The notes under the pieces are model-generated. The model was not told where the DNA came from and searched no databases. It saw only the letters and a list, made by a program, of their open reading frames with translations. 64,000 bases of DNA from Balanoglossus misakiensis (Eukaryota; Animalia; Hemichordata): positions 12,093,129 to 12,157,128 of the forward strand of contig CM082576.2 in assembly GCA_040954595.2 (NCBI GenBank), in the 5' to 3' direction. A program made the translations under genes and the position numbers. Positions 40,379-50,924 of the stretch are shown one piece after another; the first letter of the stretch is position 1, and each line of letters begins with the position of its first letter.

Positions 40379-40830
40379 CACCCTCAAACTCTGGACTGTT
40401 CAGCGTCTAGGTGATGATCATTACCGGTGTAAACATCAATCGTGCAGTTACATTCGTCCTCAGGGAACCTCGTCTGGTATGGTGCAAACAACGAACAAAC
40501 TAACAAGGTTTCCTTGTTAGACTGGGGTGAATATTAATATTTGAAGCATTTGCACCAGTACATTGTTAATGTTATTTTTGTCCCTTTTAATACAGCAATA
40601 TGCGTGTACTTGTTGATATTTGTATTTCGATGTCTCTGGGATAGTACATATACTCTTGAGTATCATACTTGTCGTGTGTCCAACAGAGTGTGAATTGGTA
40701 ACCTTTGACCTCAAAGAGAGAAGACGACGGATACGCTGCATGCTGCGATTTTAGGTGGCACTACAAGAATCTACCTCGTCTTTCAATAAGGACCAAGGCT
40801 ATTTTGGAGTGTTCTAATCCTCCGGTTAAC
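40379..40830. promoter_or_regulatory. Putative bidirectional promoter / 5' UTR region of RMDN3-like and GCHFR
   Basis: The start codons are head-to-head and only about 450 nt apart. Confidence 0.55.
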
Positions 40831-42673
40831 ATGCCATACATTTTAATTAGTACTCAAATACGTTTGGTGAGTTTTACCTATGATTTTTCGGACTGAAATG
40901 CAGCTACCGAAATGCACACCCACCATGATCAAGTACAGTCTACAGGCGCACGTTCATCGACTCTCGCTAAATATTTTCAATACGGTCCTATGAAGCCGTA
41001 TGCTTGATACACCCTACATCATGCATGTCATGTATGATATAGGGTGTATCTCGACGTACTAGCATATAGGATGCAGCTCAACGTGCGCCATGTACGGATA
41101 GTACTAGGTGAGGTGTCGTGTCATTTGGTGCTTGAGAACTTTGTGGGCGTTTCCTTTGGGTCAACCAAGGTCACCACGAAACATACATGAGATTCTTGTG
41201 ATGATTCTTTTTCGGTTTCACTGTACAAGTGGTCCATGCATCCCCATGCATGGTGACATAATTCGTGTGTGGAATTTTGAGGGCATTAAAAGTCAATGCG
41301 GTGCCTGAGATCATGCACTTTTGTAGGCGCACAGTGAGACAACTTTCATTTCTTTGAGTTATATATGTACTTGAGTTTTTCTTTGAGTTATATATTACAT
41401 GTACATGTACTTAGCTTACCCGTAGAACTAGTATTTAAACAATGTATTACCTAGGGAGTGAAAGAGATTCCTTAAAGTACTGTGGAAGTTGTGTATTTTT
41501 TTTCTAACATTTATACCTTTTGTTTACGTTGATATATTACAGGAGTGTGGTCCCACAATATGTGGGGACGAGAATTCAGACCCAGAGTTAATGGAGTTCT
41601 TAGGGGCCAAACTTGTAACACAGTTAGGAAACAATTTGTAAGTATATTTTTTATAAGACACACTTAAACTTAACTCATTCATTGTAGAAGTGTAGATAGC
41701 TCAACCCGATGCCGCCTACTTACGGATCCAGTACATCTACATATGAAATGACAGTAGTGTTATTGCAGTCAAAACTAGTTGGGTGGGGTCTATAGCTACC
41801 GAAGATCCCACAACTTTATCCTCACCTGCATGTCAAATGTTGAACACTTTACATACATGTACTCCTAGAATATGTCTAGTTGTTACGGCACCAGCAAACT
41901 TTTATTTAGCACTAAAGCATAGGTAAATGCACATCAGTTATTCCATGGTACAATAATCCGATTTGGCCATTCGTCAGTCAGGTTTTTAAATCTTCCTCTT
42001 GTCACATGTCAAGCCAGATTGGCCTTAAGCGTTAAGCAGTTACACTTGTGTTTTATAAAATACATACACTAGACAAACCAATATGACTCACAAACTTGTG
42101 CTGTTTCACTGTCAATTTCAGTGTTTCATTACCAGCTATATAATGTTTTTGTTCTTACATCCAACCACAACATGACATCACACTCCTCCCGGTAACTTGG
42201 AAAGTGAGCTATTGCTGCTGTTACTGCAGTTATGAAATAAAACACCACAAAGTTGAGAAGAAAACTTTGTATGCCATAACAAAAACTGAATCATATATTT
42301 AATCTTAACAATAACAAATCTTTTGATTTTGATTCGTCAAAATTCTTGCATTTAATATTTTGCTTTTATTGCTACTTGCATTGCATCAATTATTAATGGT
42401 CTTTTATACAATAGCCCTTTGAATCCAACATGTAAGCCCTTCAGTTAACACAACAGCTGCATATATTATACGTACAGGTTACAACGTTCTTTTTTCTTTC
42501 TCTCTCTTACAATTCAATCACACTCTCTTAGCCCCGAGTACAGAACACAAGAGTGCGCTAGAAAAGTGCTCAACTTGCTAGAAAAGAAAGGCTACTCAGT
42601 GGTGTCAATGACCGGTATTGGACAGACAGTTATTTGGACACTTCATAAACCCGGCCCGGATTCCAGAGAGTAG
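40831..42673 (+). CDS. GCHFR: GTP cyclohydrolase I feedback regulatory protein, isoform using terminal exon 3a (90 aa)
   Basis: Exons 40831-40866 (MPYILISTQIRL), 41543-41637 (ECGPTICGDENSDPELMEFLGAKLVTQLGNNF) and 42532-42673 (PEYRTQECARKVLNLLEKKGYSVVSMTGIGQTVIWTLHKPGPDSRE*). GT-AG introns; matches the GFRP family along its whole length. Confidence 0.92.
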
Positions 42674-42987
42674 ATAGAAAGACCAATACCCTCCAATGAT
42701 GCATGGTGTCTCCCTCGTCTTCTGTATGTCTGTCGGTCTCAGTGAATGGGTGTTGGTTGGGGGGTGATAGATGTTGATAGGTACATGGTACTAACTAGGC
42801 TCACTGTCATCTCATCTTTTACCACTTCTATGCTAATCATTACTGGTTTAATCAATTGACTAATGTTTCATTAAAACTAAATGTCACACTAACACTGTGT
42901 AAATGTCACGCCACCACAAATGTGTTTAACTGGGCTCTTCTGTAAATTGGCATTTTTTCTCCCTTCCATGGCATTCCCACATCGCAG

Positions 42988-43165
42988 TCCGGAATACCGA
43001 TGCCCGGATGCTCCTCGTGCTGTACTGAACAAACTGGAAAAGAAGGGCTACAGAGTGGTGGGAATGACCGGCATTGGTCAGACGTGTGTGTGGACTCTGT
43101 ACAATCCGGAAACGCCAGCAGACAACCCGGCAGAAGAGAAACAACACGGATTATCACGGACGTGA
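42988..43165 (+). CDS. GCHFR: GCHFR alternative duplicated terminal exon 3b (isoform 102 aa)
   Basis: Acceptor ttcccacatcgcag in the same phase (2) as exon 3a. Encodes PEYRCPDAPRAVLNKLEKKGYRVVGMTGIGQTCVWTLYNPETPADNPAEEKQHGLSRT*. AATAAA at 43178. Confidence 0.85.
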
Positions 43166-44164
43166 AATCAGGACAGAAATAAATCCACTCTTGAGCATTT
43201 AACAGTATTACGTCAAGAGTAAACCATCGCAACTTATTTACAGCTATAAACAGTGTAAAGCATTTAAAATGCAAGGAAGTTGATGGGGATATATGTATAT
43301 CATTATAACCAGGGTAATATCCAAAAAATATTTAATTATATTTTCTTCAGTTTGGGCTTACAGCGAGGGTGCACTATCGTCTTGCACAATGCAAATGTGA
43401 TTGCTGATCTTGTGTTCAGTACTATGATCTGCTACCGTGTCCAAGTGTTGACATGGTGTTATTTACTTTGTCACTCAATCTAACAGCATAACTACTATTG
43501 AGAAACACATTATTGCATCATCTACAGAAAGCTATGAAAAGGCCCATGCAAGGCCAAGATGTCGGAGGTCTTGAGTGAAGGTTCTTCAGTTAGAGCATGA
43601 CCATTTCATTTTTTTGCTGCCCCACCCGTTTCACAATTTACCACAATGCAAAACTTACCAGTTACACGTTCACCATGACAGTTGGCTTTTCACCAGTCTG
43701 TGATAACTCCATGTTGTTTTTCAATGCAATGTCTGACTACTCATTCCAAAAACTTTCACCCAGTCTTTTTTCTGCCATAATTATTTTCTCATAAAATTTG
43801 AGTCATCAGTGGACGAACATAAATCCACCAATAGATTAAAGATTGCACATGTATTGTGCCCGTTTGTATGACAGTGTGAGGTGTTGCACCTCGGGGGTAA
43901 GACTTAGAATGTTTGTTGGGAATCAAGAACATATCATACAACTTACCGTAATTACTTTCATTAATTGTAACTTTCACTGTCACATGCACACACATATTTT
44001 AAGTGCATTTTCTAGATCAGGCTAAACCTTCCTAGTTTTGCAAATACAGTAGAAGATTGTACTCACTACTGGTAGATTTTATTGATAGAAAAAATAATCA
44101 TACAGTAACAATTTTTTTCATATATATACAAAAAGTCTATAAATAAATTTCTAAATATACAACT

Positions 44165-47100
44165 TCATCCGTCGGCGTCTTCGTTTTGCATTTGTTCAAT
44201 AAGTCTCCTCCTCTCCTCCGCCTGCCTCATTTTCATCATCGTTACACTTTCATAGTCCTTGGCCGAGGCCAGATCAATGTTCGGTGGATTTTGCGTGTGT
44301 TCCGATGTCACCTTGTCGACCGGGTCCGGTGCCTGAGTCGCCGGTTTCCTCTCTGTCTGCACAGTTTCTTCGCTTTGTCTCTGCGCTGCGGCCTGCCTCA
44401 TTCGTTCTAGCACCATGCGTTCGAAGTCCGCTCCGGATGAGGCTGCTGCTGTAGGGTGAAATGTCTGCGGAAAAAGGTAGGCAGACATTAGAGAGTTACG
44501 AGGCCCCAGAAATGTGCAAGAAAAATTCCTCCTCCACCAGTACAACCTTATGAGCTGGTGGCAAAATACTGATCTCAGCTCCAAACCCCGTCAGCAAATA
44601 TCACATTGATAATTTTGTGACGGCTTCTGTCTACCGTCCCATCAACAGATAGATGTAAAAAAAGCTACGGCAACCAATGAAGTACAAAATGTACATGTCA
44701 GTACACAGGTTAATTTACATATGCATATAATTATTCCATGTTAAAATACGTCAGTGGCACGCAAGCAAGGTGACCTTGTGCTCATCAAAGATAAAATGCA
44801 CAAAAACTCAGCTTGGGACCAATTAGTATGGGCAGATGGTGGCACCCGGGGAAATGAGGCCAATTTGCCAGCATGGATCACTTACCCTGGAACTGCCTGA
44901 CGGTAAACCGGCACTCGGTTGCCCTGACAACCACGAAATTTGCAATGGGTTTGCTGGCCTGCCAGTTTCGTTCACTACAGTAGAACTCTGCATATGAGGA
45001 AAGGGAAAGATAAACCATATTCAGAAAGGAAGACCCGCTACTTCCAAAAAGCACAGTGGGACCTCTCAGCAACCACGACACACCACTGACTCCACAAACT
45101 GGTGACGCAAAAGATTATTCACATTATATATGAAGGACAGGGCTGATGCAAAGAAAATTTATAGAAATTTACATATTGACTCAAAATTTCAACAGATGCA
45201 TGTTTAAATGCTCACTGTTTACGACTGATTTGAATGTGTCCATGTGTACTGGACGTTTTTATTGCAGACTTACCAGACTCTGGGAAGTCGTAAACTCCAC
45301 AATGGCACTTCCATTACGTTTAGTGGACACTAAAACATTGCTGACTTCACCATACTGAAGGTAAATAAATAAAAAAAATATGTAAATATTAGTTTTGAGA
45401 GATGGCCTAAATGGAAAAGGAAAAGTTATTCATATAATAATTTAGGCACCTTCCATAATAAACAATCTCCCAAATTACTTATACTGTGACAACGCTCCTG
45501 AATATTGGTTGTTGGCATTTGTACTACATGATATCAATGTCATCACATACCTTTGAAAATATACTGTGCAGCAGATCGTGGCTGTAGCCTCCGTTCGTCT
45601 CATCTCCTTTCTTGGCCTTCCATTTCACCTTCAACTTGGGCGTTTCCTGGCATGTGTTGTCTGAACAAAAGTTAAAACAATTCACTAGTTACCCTCATTC
45701 AAAATAATCACCTCCCCTTTCTCTCTCTCTAGACAATATTTTTGTAACTTTCAAATGACAGTATTTAACAAGAAAACGAAATCTGCCAGTGTTCAATCAT
45801 TTCAGATTGCCATCCAGGAATATTTACCATATTGGCTTGCGCTCAACTTCTCTTCTTCTTTCAGTTTCTGATGTAATAACTCCTGTTCCTCTTTAAGCTG
45901 TTGAGAGCCTTCTTCACGCAGTCTCTTGATCTGTGGCAGGAAATGAGGCAAATGAGCTCGTGGCAGCCAAATAGAACTATGAACAACATAAGACTGATAT
46001 ATGTTTCTTAGAACCGTAATTGGTCAGTTTACTGAGGATCCAAAGATCCCAAAAGTACATCTGTTTTGATTGGCAGGCAGACTATTGGTCGCAGATCTTC
46101 CAGACAGACAATTTGACAAGACTACAGTAGACATGACTGGAGTTTGTGGTATTAATAAGCCCTTGATGTTTTGACATCTGATTCTGGATATAGTGTTACG
46201 TCATTCCAACAAAACTACACAGGGCTGTCTTATTTACCTCGGCGTCTAATCTCTTGGCAGCTTCAGCTTCATCTACTTTTTCTTCTCTTGCGGCAGCTTC
46301 TCTCTGTTCCAAGTCTGCAAATCAAAATTCAAAGACAGTACTTTACAAACGATGAAATTCTGCATAAATGGATTGTACTCATTAAAGCCCAATAAACTGG
46401 AAAAGACGACAGTCGTCACCAAAAACACCACCCACCATGTTTGACTTTCCGCCTCTTTGAATCCAAAGCTCTGTTTCTGAGTTCTGCTGCTTTCCGGGCC
46501 TTCAACACTTTATCATAGGCTGCCTGTTTGTATTAAACATTGGAAACGAAAATGGTGGTGATCAGAGAGAAGTGATGGCGATCTGATGCTTTTGCACCAC
46601 AAATGTATCAAAGCATGCAAATGCTCGTAATTGTGCAAGAACCAATGTTCCCTGGAGTTCACCAGTGAAAATAACATGACATAATCGCAAGTTATGTTTT
46701 TGTATCTCAGGCCCTAACAGGTACTGATCAAGAAATCAGCCATAATCATAAACTGCGTTATCCATTAAAACAACCTACCCTCGCCTCCTTGTCAGTCAGA
46801 ATTTCCAAGGCTTTGGAAAGCTTTTCCCATTCTTCAGCTGCAGACAAAACAGACAGCAGACAAACATTAGAGACAGCTATTGCAAATGATTATTTTCCTA
46901 TCCAGTTCATATACTGTTAATTTCTGACACTAAAGAGATGGGTTTCACTGAGTAGGGCGATAAACCTGTGCCTAGGTACTAGACTAGTACTAGTAGTACT
47001 GAAAACTTCACATCACAGTAACGCATTTTCCGTCCACCCTTACCTGCTCTTGGATTGTCTGGATTCTTGTCAGGGTGACATTTCAGTGCTTTCTTCCTGT

Positions 47101-47619
47101 ATGCTTTCTTAACCTGCAGATTTTGAAGATTTTATAATGGTGGTGTGAAACATTTATAGACTGGACTACAGCTGCTCATCCCCCCCCCCCCCCTTTCATG
47201 GCACACACTTTACTATCATCATGCAATTTCGATAACGTAGCCCATTCATTGCCGGGTATCCCTAAAGTACTGTTAATAGTCGAAGAAGTAAATCACGAAC
47301 TGACTAAAGATAAACACTTTACTCTGATGGTATCGTCTGCTTTTCGTTTAACCACGGTTACTAGTAACCACCGTGGTATAATATGCACTGACAGTGTACA
47401 CAATGTAACATGTGCGTACAGTGCGTTGAACTCACACGCTACGCTGGAATCAGTTACAGGGCGTATTCCGCGAAACAAAGTACTGAGAGCAATTAAGCAA
47501 ACCAGGAGGTTGTCAGAGAGAGAAAACATGCCAGCTACTTCACTTACCTCACTCTCTGTGGCATCTTGTAGTACTTCGAGCAGAGCATACAAGTCCAGAT
47601 CTTTCACCTTCGGCGCCAT
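44165..47619 (-). CDS. DNAJC17: DnaJ homolog subfamily C member 17 (J-domain, coiled coil, RRM), ~353 aa
   Basis: Exons (minus strand): 47619-47548, 47113-47044, 46837-46779, 46523-46436, 46314-46238, 45930-45828, 45660-45551, 45354-45274, 44987-44886, 44464-44165. All GT-AG and in phase. J-domain with HPD ([20 protein letters not shown]), KLKVKWK..NGGYS RRM and C-terminal [20 protein letters not shown]. Confidence 0.93.
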
Positions 47620-47850
47620 CTTGGGAGTGCGCCACCAACATTGTAGCTTATAGATCCTTTCGTCTGTTTGTCATCAAACGTGAAGTAGCACGCAGTTGCA
47701 ACCCCAGTTACCATGCCACCAGACGGTTTAGACAGTTACACAAATGTACTGCTTACGATTGCAAACGGAAAGGTTCATCACGACCATCGGAAATCGACTC
47801 ATTTGAAAAAGGGGACGAATAACCGGATGTTATAACTTTAACTCACGTCG

Positions 47851-47932
47851 TATATAGACCAATCTGATGAAAATCAGAAGTAGGGAACGTCGCCGTTCCC
47901 TACATCTGATTTTAATCAGATTGTATATAGAC
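47851..47932. mobile_element. 64-bp hairpin (MITE-like) flanked by a TATATAGAC direct repeat
   Basis: Arms 47860-47889 and 47894-47923 are 28/30 complementary with a 4-nt loop. TATATAGAC occurs at 47851 and 47924. Confidence 0.65.
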
Positions 47933-49211
47933 CTACGTAGACACAAATACTTGTACACTACATCCAGGCCATTTGAACACCATTGAATAATTGCATCGCG
48001 CTGATATCCACAATTAATTCAATTGTTTGTGGCCACGAGAGAAAAAAGAGAACCACACACACCAAGGACCTAGAATAAATTTCTTCACATTTGTTGGGGA
48101 TATAAATTTGACTCACGCTCATCTGCGGTTCTATTAAATATCCACGACGTGGTGAGAGAAATCGTATCCCACTGTGCGATACTTGTAATCCCAGCACAAC
48201 ATGAGGAAACAGTAAACATGAATTAATTTTTATTCGGGTGTACAAGTCATGAAAATACAATTATGCATATTTAAAACAAAGGTTGGTTTGCATTTTACCG
48301 TATTAACATTGTGCAACACGTGGTGATTCTGAACAGGAATTACGAGCGCCCTCACACAGAGTCACCGTGCGGCCAAACGTTTTGTTTTTGTGAAGTCAGT
48401 AGTGCACCACTGACAATAGAAACTATTTTGGGATTATAAGATATACTCTTTCAAAACTCTTATTTATTTACATGTCTGAAAAGAAAGCTGTACTCGTGCC
48501 TAGAACCGGGGTCCAAATTATTGTTTTTTTTTTAGACTAATTCGAAGTTCAAGAAGTCTCATAGATGAAAACGCGAGTGCATTATTGCATGCATGTGAGG
48601 CAGTTTGGTGAACACACACACACACACATGCCAGTATTAAATGAATGACGTTTTCAGTCTCGAATTATTCCCATGATCCCACGTCTCAGTTCACAACACT
48701 ATGCAGTGGAAAAAAGATCGATGTTCTGAGACAGGGCGACCTTTAACCCTAATAATTGTTCTTTTGTCGTTTATACACACCTAGTAAAGGAGACAACAAA
48801 ATATGCCCATTCTCAGGCCAATTGGTTGTGAGGATATCAGAAAAAAAAATCAATGTTAAGTTTCTATGGCGGGATTTTATTACAGTGGCGGACTTTAAAA
48901 TCAATATTGTTTTAAAGTTATGGTGTCTTTATCTTAACGCTGTCTAGTCTACGAATGATTATTTATCAATCTGCCTGCCTGTCACTGTCAGTGAGTGAGT
49001 GAAAAAATTACGGCAGAAAACTAGTGTTTAAAACTTTTAGCAAACCAAATAAAGGCCTCGACACGGACTTGTAGTTAGACTGTCACGGTACATGCTACGT
49101 ACACATTTTGTATGTTGACTTTTTGTCATTTCACCCGCATACAAATAGTTGGTTACAACGATCGCGTGTGGCAATTTAACCAAAAAAATCACCTACGAGC
49201 GATGCATCGGT

Positions 49212-50924
49212 TCAATTTTTCTTCGTATCACCCATTTTCCTATCAGCCGCCCGCGTGGGAAAACGAGGTGTATAAACTCTCAAATACCGACATTCTTTCA
49301 ATTTTTCTTCGTCAAAGTTATCTTGTTCTTCCTTGGTCTTACGATTCGTAGACTGTCTCCTCTTCGCCACCATTTGTGCATCTAGAATCCGAACTACGAG
49401 TTGCTTTAGTTTTGCCTCCCCCTTCTGCTTGTTAACGTTCATGCCGATGCCAAATTTTGTCTTGACTGTCTTCCAGTGCTGTTTGGCATCTTTTGCCGCC
49501 TGTCTTTGCGAGGTGGTCGGCGAGGAGTCGATTTCGCCTCTCGACTTCGCCTCGGCTGCGACAGAAGCTGCGCTTTCGTCTTTAGCGTCTCTGTCCTCGG
49601 TCGTCGTGAGTTTGGGTTCGGCGTCGCGAGTGGGTGCGGCGTCCCTCGGCGTGGCGGTGCGCGGCAACGAAGATGACCGCCGCCTCTGTCTGGTCGGCGA
49701 CCGGGCCTTTCGTGAGACGGGTGCTTCGTTCCCGCCGCCGTTTCCCGCTGCGCCGATCCTCGGGACTGGTCTGTGTCGAGGCGTGTCGTTTGTGGGATGC
49801 GGGAGCTTGAGGAAAGCCGTCAAATTCGGAAGGTGTTTCGAGTTCGCGGGATCAGTATCCTCTTCCTCCCCATCCGAGGAATCGAACATCTCAGGATTCT
49901 GGTACAGAGCTGTGGCGAGTTGAATGAGCGTCATGTTCTGTCCCCCGTATCGTTGCAGCTCTTCGAGTCGAGCGAGCTGCTGGCGCGACAACCCCAACGC
50001 TTCGCCGTCGACTCGTTTCTCCGCGCCGGCGAAAAATGTCGTTGGAGTTTCCAGTTTGCCGCGAAGTTTCGCCCGCGCGTTCATGACCGTCTTGGTCAGA
50101 CCGCTATCGAGAACCTGTTTCACTTCCTTGTCCAGCTGAACCGACGATTTCATTCTGACGCTGGACTTCTTCGCGTGGCGGCCGTTCAACAACTGCGCCA
50201 GTCCCTGCGCCATGGTCGTCTCGTCGTACAGTTCAGACGGGTCTGCACTGTCGTGAAAGGAGGAAGGCGGGGGACTCTGCATGGCGGGGCCCTTCGGCTG
50301 CAAAGATGAAAAGTTTGGAACGGACATGACGCGCATGCGACGGGGAGAAGCCGAAAATGTTTCCTGTCGGCGCGCTCCCGCTTTGCGTGCTGTCGCGTCT
50401 CCGTAGTTTTCCAGTGTGTTCACAGACCTCGACGAGTAATATGCGTCTTCTGAAGGAATTTCGGCGTCCGAGTTCCTCTTCTGTGCGCTCTGGGGAAAGG
50501 CTGAAATATTTAGAGCCGGCGGACTATTTGGCAAACTCTTTGCTGACTGATTGGGCGTCGCATCTCCAGTCAACACAGGGTAGGATATGGGCGTCGATTG
50601 AACCTGTAGACCCTGTTTGGTTCGAGCACTTTTTCCCGGGACGATTAGACTTCCTTGTCTTTGAAGGGTCTTTGCATTTTTAACACTCCCCGCCTGGGAA
50701 GAACCCGACAACCTCCTTTCCCGGATCAGCGCGGCAGACGACTTGCTCCTCGGCGTCTCGATGAATTTCTGAAGTTCAAGTTTCAACTCCTGGCGCTCCG
50801 CGTAACTGCTCTGGACGCTCGCCCTCCGCTCTCGGTCAAGTTGCTCCCTCTCGAACTGCAGCCTGCGGTCCGCGACCCTGTTCAGACACACGGCCCTTTT
50901 GGATGATTCCTCGCTCCAGGACAT
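49212..50924 (-). CDS. Uncharacterised 570-aa CCDC190-like protein: N-terminal coiled coil, disordered core, C-terminal CRYLR motif (cluster gene 6)
   Basis: 1713-nt ORF with an acceptor (ttctctatatag) 12 nt before the ATG. Clear paralogy to 54566..56332 in N-terminal, middle and C-terminal blocks. Confidence 0.82.
   Translation of the reverse strand: MSWSEESSKRAVCLNRVADRRLQFEREQLDRERRASVQSSYAERQELKLELQKFIETPRSKSSAALIRERRLSGSSQAGSVKNAKTLQRQGSLIVPGKSARTKQGLQVQSTPISYPVLTGDATPNQSAKSLPNSPPALNISAFPQSAQKRNSDAEIPSEDAYYSSRSVNTLENYGDATARKAGARRQETFSASPRRMRVMSVPNFSSLQPKGPAMQSPPPSSFHDSADPSELYDETTMAQGLAQLLNGRHAKKSSVRMKSSVQLDKEVKQVLDSGLTKTVMNARAKLRGKLETPTTFFAGAEKRVDGEALGLSRQQLARLEELQRYGGQNMTLIQLATALYQNPEMFDSSDGEEEDTDPANSKHLPNLTAFLKLPHPTNDTPRHRPVPRIGAAGNGGGNEAPVSRKARSPTRQRRRSSSLPRTATPRDAAPTRDAEPKLTTTEDRDAKDESAASVAAEAKSRGEIDSSPTTSQRQAAKDAKQHWKTVKTKFGIGMNVNKQKGEAKLKQLVVRILDAQMVAKRRQSTNRKTKEEQDNFDEEKLKECRYLRVYTPRFPTRAADRKMGDTKKN

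Noticed and set aside
47198-47653. 151-aa plus-strand ORF
   Set aside because: Antisense to DNAJC17 exon 1 and intron 1; no family signal.
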